From a virus (Duplodnaviria; Heunggongvirae; Uroviricota; Caudoviricetes): 10,653 nucleotides of DNA. Below, one piece after another: positions 6,173 to 10,653 of this stretch. Numbering within the stretch: position 1 is the first letter of the stretch; the number at the start of each line of letters is the position of its first letter. The stretch covers positions 1-10,653 of IMG/VR virus record IMGVR_UViG_3300036770_002544; one strand, written 5' to 3'. The notes beneath the pieces are model-generated. The model ran no database searches. It was not told the DNA's origin and saw only the letters and a list, made by a program, of their open reading frames with translations. The translations under genes and the position numbers were made by a program.

Positions 6173-6307
6173 GTTATCTTCATATAGTAGTTCCGGGCTT
6201 GTTCCCGGATACTATATGTAAATGCTCTAAACGCCCACCCTACGTGGTTGTAGGCAGGTAGTTGCGTCTCTAACCAAGCCGCCCTGTAGTGCATTTTCAT
6301 ATAGTAT

Positions 6308-6391
6308 GCGAGAGTGGAGAAATGGTATACTCTGGAGACTTAAAATCTCCCGTCGAAAGGCATGCGGGTTCGAGTCCCGCCTCTCGCACCA
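6308..6391 (+). tRNA. tRNA-Leu(TAA)
   Basis: GCGAGAG/CTCTCGC acceptor, GGAGA-CT TAA AA-TCTCC, long variable arm, CCA. Confidence 0.93.
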
Positions 6392-6397
6392 TGTATT

Positions 6398-6482
6398 GCC
6401 CCTTTGGCGGAATTGGTAGACGCACTGGATTTAGGTTCCAGCGCCGCAAGGTGTGGGAGTTCGAGTCTCCCAGGGGGCACCA
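6398..6482 (+). tRNA. tRNA-Leu(TAG)
   Basis: GCCCCTT/AGGGGGC acceptor, CTGGA-TT TAG GT-TCCAG, long variable arm, CCA. Confidence 0.93.
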
Positions 6483-6648
6483 AAGTTTTTAGGAGAATCG
6501 CTGCGAAGCGTATTCTTAAACGACCCGTAGAACTCCCGGGCGTCCTGACATTAGTATAAGTTTTGAAAACCATTAGAGGTGAAAAGCTATAGGGAAGTTA
6601 CAGGTAGAACCTATCCCTGGCGAGTAGCGGGCTTTCAAATTTTTTATT

Positions 6649-6724
6649 GCTCGGTTCGTCTATCGGTTTAGGACACTAGCCTTTCACGTTAGTAAGACGG
6701 GTTCGATTCCCGTACCGAGTACCA
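6649..6724 (+). tRNA. tRNA-Glu(TTC), copy 1
   Basis: GCTCGGT/ACCGAGT acceptor, CTAGC-CT TTC AC-GTTAG, TTCGATT, CCA. Confidence 0.92.
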
Positions 6725-6729
6725 TTTTT

Positions 6730-6850
6730 GGAGACAGAAACTTATCACTTGTTTGTCCACCAACCTAGAGTATGGTGATCGTGCCAACAAAGATAAGCGG
6801 ATAACGTGGACGGTGTATGGGTCATGCCTGTACATAGGCGGTCTCCACCA
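6730..6850 (+). ncRNA. CCA-ended tRNA-like RNA with a non-tRNA body
   Basis: GGAGAC/GTCTCC stem plus A-CCA, closing internal hairpins. Confidence 0.55.
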
Positions 6851-7136
6851 TATAAAAACACATTAGCGAATGCTCGTTGCTGCTGAAAGACAACGTGGGG
6901 ATGATGCAGCCATAAAGTCCTCTGAACGCTTCTAGTGTGTTTCTATATAGTTTTGAAATCAGAGGAAAGACAGAGTGGCGACTGTTCACTGCCTATTAGT
7001 GCAGTGCAAGCACAAATGAGCTAACATGTGTACTGGTTTCGATTTTTTGAAATGTATTGAAGGACGCTGGCAGACCGGCGGGGACTTTAATAGAGTGCGT
7101 AGTTTAATAGTAGAACATCAATACATTCATTTTTAT

Positions 7137-7216
7137 GTGCGTTTGGTCTAAATGTTAGGGCATCATGACATGGGGCTAGAAACCTCAAGATGCGGGTTCG
7201 AATCCCGTAACGCACA
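7137..7216 (+). tRNA. atypical tRNA, apparent anticodon AGA, with an insertion between the D and anticodon arms
   Basis: Perfect GTGCGTT/AACGCAC acceptor, T-arm GCGGG-TTCGAAT-CCCGT, TGGGG-CTAGAAA-CCTCA arm; followed by CCG, not CCA. Confidence 0.6.
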
Positions 7217-7225
7217 CCGTTTTTT

Positions 7226-7312
7226 GGAGATGTAGGAAAATTGGTAACCCCAGTGGACTGTAAATCCGCCGCCCGAAAGGCACTACTGGTTCGACTCCAG
7301 TCGTCTCCACCA
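7226..7312 (+). tRNA. tRNA-Tyr(GTA)
   Basis: GGAGATG/CGTCTCC acceptor, GTGGA-CT GTA AA-TCCGC, long variable arm, CCA. Confidence 0.92.
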
Positions 7313-7401
7313 AGTTTTGATAGTTGCTTGAATCGTGGTTAACTCCACCAGACCGACACGTCTCGATCGTATCGAAGTAAGATTCCAACTATCAATTTAT
7401 T

Positions 7402-7436
7402 GGGCCTCAAAGTGTTCATGGACGCACGTAGAGCCT
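7402..7436 (+). pseudogene. tRNA 5'-half remnant ending at C32-U33
   Basis: GGCCTCA-AA-GTGT-TCATGGAC-GCAC-GT-AGAGC-CT, then unrelated sequence; no matching 3' half in the window. Confidence 0.5.
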
Positions 7437-7484
7437 ATTACCCATGTACGCCGCACATTTGATAAATAAATGTAGGAGAACAAA

Positions 7485-8093
7485 ATGTTTTACTACATGT
7501 ATCAAATCAAAAACAAAGTGAATGACAAAATTTATGTCGGAGTCCATAAAACTTCTGACATGAATGATGGTTACATGGGTTCAGGTAAAGTAATACGTGC
7601 CGCTATCAATAAGCATGGCATTGACAACTTCGAGAAGACTATTCTTGAAACTTTTGAGAGTAGCGAAGAAATGTTCAAGCGTGAAAAAGAAGTTGTAACA
7701 GAAGACTTCCTATCACGTGATGATGTGTATAATTTGCGTCGAGGCGGCTCGGGCGGTTTTGATTACCTAAACAAAACGAGACAAAACAACAAAGCCAAGC
7801 AATACCTCAAAGGCGGACAAACATACGCATCAAGATTAGAAAATGACGAAGAATTTCGCAATGCTGAGTCAGAGAGAAAATCTGCTCTAAACAGACAGCA
7901 ATACGCAAATGGTAGAGTCAGCGTATTCAAAGATTCTGTTTTACAGCAAGAACTTTCTAATAGAGCAAAGCAAGTAAATTTAGGTTCGATGTGGGTTAAC
8001 AACAATACACACGAACGCAAGATCAAAAAGACTGAACCAATCCCAGATGGTTGGGTCAAAGGAAGATTACGCACCGTTGGCGCAGTTGGTTAG
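7485..8093 (+). CDS. free-standing GIY-YIG (Seg-like) homing endonuclease
   Basis: YYMYQIKNKVNDKIYVG, DGYMGSG, catalytic-type E in KREKEV, VYNLRRGGSGG, and C-terminal MWVNN...IPDGWVKGR; AGGAG SD. Confidence 0.9.
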   Translation: MFYYMYQIKNKVNDKIYVGVHKTSDMNDGYMGSGKVIRAAINKHGIDNFEKTILETFESSEEMFKREKEVVTEDFLSRDDVYNLRRGGSGGFDYLNKTRQNNKAKQYLKGGQTYASRLENDEEFRNAESERKSALNRQQYANGRVSVFKDSVLQQELSNRAKQVNLGSMWVNNNTHERKIKKTEPIPDGWVKGRLRTVGAVG

Positions 8094-8147
8094 CGCACTT
8101 GCCTGTCACGCAAGGGGTCACCGGTTCGAGCCCGGTACGGTGCGCCA
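8071..8147 (+). tRNA. tRNA-Asp(GTC), copy 1 (overlaps the last 23 nt of the endonuclease ORF)
   Basis: GCACCGT/ACGGTGC acceptor, G73, CTTGC-CT GTC AC-GCAAG, CCA. Confidence 0.93.
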
Positions 8148-8153
8148 AGTTTA

Positions 8154-8228
8154 GGCTCGTTCATATAATGGTCATTATCCCGGATTGTCTATCCGGAGAC
8201 GGGAGTTCGATTCTCCCACGAGTCGCCA
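8154..8228 (+). tRNA. tRNA-Asp(GTC), copy 2, atypical U37
   Basis: GGCTCGT/ACGAGTC acceptor, G73, CCGGA-TT GTC TA-TCCGG, CCA. Confidence 0.9.
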
Positions 8229-8231
8229 AGT

Positions 8232-8660
8232 TTTGTTGTAGTGTTAGCAAGAGAAAGTCACGCTAGGGCGGCTTCTTCGAAGGGCCAAACTAGTAGAAGG
8301 TTACGGGTTCGATGCCCGACGGATCGGAAGATCCGGGTGCATGGTGGCGCACAGACTGGACAAGTATCCCAAGTGGCGTACCGAGTCCTGCCCGGGCTAG
8401 TGCATACAGGTGAATGGTGTCAATAACGATGGTGACACGTCTGCAACAAATCCTACGTTCTGCCTAATCAGCAGATACTGTGACCCACAGGATGAGAAGT
8501 ACAGTGATATGTACGGGTGGTAGTCTTTGAACCAAAAGGCCGCTAGCAATGCGAGAACGGTCCCGGTCGTGGAGCGGGTGGAGGGCATATTCAAATCAAA
8601 GGCAATCACCGTGGTGCCCAAGAGATGATGTGCTATAATTACCGCCGCGGGATGCAGAGC
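8232..8660 (+). ncRNA. large (~430 nt) highly structured ncRNA, GOLLD-like candidate
   Basis: GC-richer than its surroundings, with no credible ORF, many hairpins and a closing helix 8232-8240/8442-8450; flanked by tRNAs. Confidence 0.6.
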
Positions 8661-8665
8661 ATTAT

Positions 8666-8740
8666 GTCGCATTGGACTTCTGGTGAGGTCATTACCCTTT
8701 CAAGGTAACCAGACGGGATCGTAACCCGTATGCGACTCCA
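8666..8740 (+). tRNA. tRNA-Glu(TTC), copy 2, atypical T-loop
   Basis: GTCGCAT/ATGCGAC acceptor, TTACC-CT TTC AA-GGTAA, T-loop ATCGTAA, CCA. Confidence 0.85.
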
Positions 8741-8774
8741 TTGACAAACATTTTTCACAAGAGTGTTTTTCAAT

Positions 8775-8806
8775 GGGAATATAGTTTAGTGGCAAAATTC
8801 CAGCCT
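8775..8806 (+). pseudogene. tRNA 5'-half remnant (Gly-TCC-like) ending exactly at U33
   Basis: GGGAATA-TA-GTTT-AGTGGCA-AAAT-T-CCAGC-CT is a perfect canonical spacing of positions 1-33 and resembles the TAGTTTAGTGGTAAAACCTCAGCCT segment of tRNA-Gly(TCC). Confidence 0.7.
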
Positions 8807-8813
8807 ATAAATA
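8806..8813 (+). promoter_or_regulatory. T4-type late promoter
   Basis: TATAAATA, 4 nt before the radical SAM ATG; its first T is U33 of the tRNA remnant. Confidence 0.6.
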
Positions 8814-8817
8814 CCAA

Positions 8818-9879
8818 ATGAAATTATCAGATGTTAGATCTCTGGCACTAGAAGTCACTTCGCACTGCAACATTAGATGCCCGCAATGCTCAAGAATTAA
8901 TTGGGACGGGGAACTTGCTGAGTTTATTCAACTTCAGCATTGGGATATTAACAAAATATTACCAAACTTGCAGGTAGAATCAATGCCACAGTTGAGTTTT
9001 GTTCGAATCGAAGGTGACAACGGCGATGCACTCATGCATCCTGACATTGTGGAAATTGTTGAACATTTTTACAATGCTCCGACCAAACCACGAATTTTGA
9101 TATTGACCAATGGCTCGATGAGATCTGCTAAGTGGTGGAAAGAATTTGGCCAAAGATTTAGTGGCCGTTTGCGTGTGCAGTTCAGCATAGATGGTCTAGA
9201 AGACACGCATGCGTTGTACCGTGTGGGTGCAGACTATAACAAAACAATAGAAAATGCGCGAGCATTTATTGCAGGTGGTGGCGAAGCCACGCAACGATGC
9301 TTGATTTTTGATCACAACAAACACCAACTTGATGATATACGAGCAACAAGTTTAGACATAGGTTTTGTAGGATTGAGAATTACTCCTGGAGATCTGTTTA
9401 GATTCCAGGGAGAAAAAACATGGAAGGTATTCTGGAAGGGCAAAAATACACATGATATTGCCCCAATACCGAATTTTGATTTTGATTTCTCGCCGTGGGA
9501 ATACAATAAGACTGATGTACAAATGAGCCCAATACTCGGGTCTGATGAAATACACAAAGATGGGCTAAACCATCTTTGTCCTGTGTTTAATAAAAGAGAA
9601 ATTACTATTACGTACAAAGGACATTTAATACCTTGTTGTATATATCAAGCAGATTTGTATTTCATGCGGGACTTCAATGTAGATTATCAAAATTTAGTCG
9701 GAGATATGAATTTAATGAATTTAAATCTACGAACGCTACACGACATTCTCAGTGATCCGTTGTATTATGGTAATCGATGGGAAAGCATGCTGGCAAGCAA
9801 TAATAGATTTCCAAAGTGTCAAGCCACATGCGGATCACAACTAGATCGCAGAATCATACAAATTCAGGAGCGTTGCTAA
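8818..9879 (+). CDS. radical SAM protein with SPASM/twitch-like C-terminus
   Basis: CNIRCPQC (CxxxCxxC), GDNGDAL, LTNGS, FSIDGL...H..YR, and C-terminal CPV...HLIPCC...CQATC. Confidence 0.92.
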   Translation: MKLSDVRSLALEVTSHCNIRCPQCSRINWDGELAEFIQLQHWDINKILPNLQVESMPQLSFVRIEGDNGDALMHPDIVEIVEHFYNAPTKPRILILTNGSMRSAKWWKEFGQRFSGRLRVQFSIDGLEDTHALYRVGADYNKTIENARAFIAGGGEATQRCLIFDHNKHQLDDIRATSLDIGFVGLRITPGDLFRFQGEKTWKVFWKGKNTHDIAPIPNFDFDFSPWEYNKTDVQMSPILGSDEIHKDGLNHLCPVFNKREITITYKGHLIPCCIYQADLYFMRDFNVDYQNLVGDMNLMNLNLRTLHDILSDPLYYGNRWESMLASNNRFPKCQATCGSQLDRRIIQIQERC

Positions 9880-9966
9880 TATTGGCCTTAGGGCGACCCT
9901 TATAAAGTCGTAAGCACTGTCCAGATAAGGCAGTTAATGTGGGTTCGATTCCCACCGCTCCTACCA
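9866..9966 (+). tRNA. atypical tRNA-Ile(GAT) with a large D-loop insertion (overlaps the last 14 nt of the radical SAM ORF)
   Basis: AGGAGCG/CGCTCCT acceptor plus A-CCA, CTGTC-CA GAT AA-GGCAG (A33), GTGGG-TTCGATT-CCCAC; 101 nt. Confidence 0.75.
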
Positions 9967-9970
9967 AGTT

Positions 9971-10151
9971 TAACAATGTGTTAGAAAGGTGTTGACCACA
10001 CGCCCAACTGCAAGGGAGCCATGTTGATCCAGGGCCGCTAATCGGAGTCATTGACTCGCGTGGGCTGCTCGTCACAGCCGATATTATGTACTTGGAAGGA
10101 AGCCAGCGTAGCAATATGTTGGGTACCTTTAAACGCAATGCAGTATTGTTA
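9971..10151 (+). ncRNA. unidentified structured ncRNA (~180 nt)
   Basis: Closing helix TAACAAT/ATTGTTA, inner GCCCAAC/GTTGGGT and internal hairpins; no credible ORF. Confidence 0.4.
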
Positions 10152-10154
10152 CCT

Positions 10155-10162
10155 TATAAATA
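10155..10162 (+). promoter_or_regulatory. T4-type late promoter
   Basis: TATAAATA, 16 nt before ATG 10179. Confidence 0.6.
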
Positions 10163-10178
10163 TTCCAATAGATTTACA

Positions 10179-10653
10179 ATGGCCCATGCAATAATTTTTA
10201 CAGATCGTGCACCTGTGACCAGGATGTTTGACGACATCAAATTCACCAGTGCATTTTACAGTTATCCAGCAGGCGCATACAAAATTGCATCAGTTCTTCG
10301 CGAGCAAGGACTAGATGTATTGGTAGTTCCAAACTGTTTGAGTTTGAGTTTTGCAGGTGTAAAACATATCATTGAACAAAACAGTAACAATTTACTTTGG
10401 GTAGGTATTAGTACCACATTTTTGACCATTGATTCTTCTCACATACAAGTATATAGAGATCTATGGACCACAACTGATAAACATTATGTCGATACCGACA
10501 TAATGTTTGACAAAGTTGATTCTTACGGAGGAGTTCAAGAACTTGCCTGGTTCACCAAAGAAATTGGTAGAATAAGTTTTTGGTTAGATCGAAATTATCA
10601 TGTGCCGCTGGTATTAGGCGGCAGTTGGGTCACCCGCGTCAAAGACGGTAACT
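10179..10653 (+). CDS. cobalamin-binding-domain protein, probably the N-terminus of a B12-dependent radical SAM enzyme (runs off the window; not in the ORF track)
   Basis: MAHAIIFTD...YPAGAYKIASVLREQGLDVLVV...WVGISTTF...PLVLGGSW, open to the end of the window. Confidence 0.75.
   Translation, partial: MAHAIIFTDRAPVTRMFDDIKFTSAFYSYPAGAYKIASVLREQGLDVLVVPNCLSLSFAGVKHIIEQNSNNLLWVGISTTFLTIDSSHIQVYRDLWTTTDKHYVDTDIMFDKVDSYGGVQELAWFTKEIGRISFWLDRNYHVPLVLGGSWVTRVKDGN

Noticed and set aside
7137-7219. Amber suppressor (CTA) reading of the CTAGAAA loop, implying stop-codon recoding
   Set aside because: CTA occupies loop positions 32-34, not 34-36. Genes are intact in the standard code and TAG is used as an apparent stop at 5596 and 8093.
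7402-8147. Group I intron with an internal homing endonuclease splitting a tRNA
   Set aside because: There is no room for or sign of a catalytic core, the downstream tRNA-Asp is complete on its own, and no 3' exon matches the 7402 half.
8247-8460. RNase P RNA identity for the large ncRNA (GAGAAAGTCA resembles GAGGAAAGUCC)
   Set aside because: The complementary P4 element and other conserved regions are not recognisable.
8631-8639. Extended -10 promoter TGCTATAAT inside the large ncRNA
   Set aside because: There is no -35 and it sits within a paired region. It is possible but unsupported without TSS data.
8741-8775. TTGACA at 8741 as a promoter
   Set aside because: There is no -10 at 16-18 nt. 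The segment is better explained as a small hairpin (CATTGA/TCAATG).
5846-10138. Track ORFs over RNA genes (5846-6064, 6289-6492, 6340-6573, 6362-6559, 7185-7388, 8051-8266, 8241-8426, 8397-8672, 9854-10138; also 3249-3446 and 4021-4272)
   Set aside because: They overlap tRNA, tmRNA or structured RNA, and their translations are typical tRNA-derived artefacts.

Overview
This window looks like part of a large lytic (T4-like or jumbo) tailed-phage genome. All credible genes are on the + strand. The OmpA sequence suggests a betaproteobacterial (Burkholderiales-like) host, which is an inference. Positions 1-2719 hold a translationally coupled run of small genes, including a DUF3307-like membrane protein and an acyl carrier protein. 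Positions 2744-4984 form a translation-rescue block: tRNA-CAT, a stand-alone GGQ release-factor-like gene, tRNA-Arg, a circularly permuted two-piece tmRNA (tag ANAANDEVFALAA) and ompA. Positions 5608-6172 are a complex control region with a leaderless-peptide attenuator, two sigma70 promoters 300 nt apart each followed by an rrn-type boxA, and a pseudo-tRNA caged in a 24-bp helix. Positions 6308-10151 are a tRNA array interleaved with many tRNA-sized non-tRNA structured RNAs and a ~430-nt ornate ncRNA. Two cargo genes sit in this array, a GIY-YIG endonuclease and a radical SAM enzyme. Each follows a tRNA 5' half cut after U33, and each has its stop codon inside the next intact tRNA. All RNA structures were folded by eye; no searches were run.
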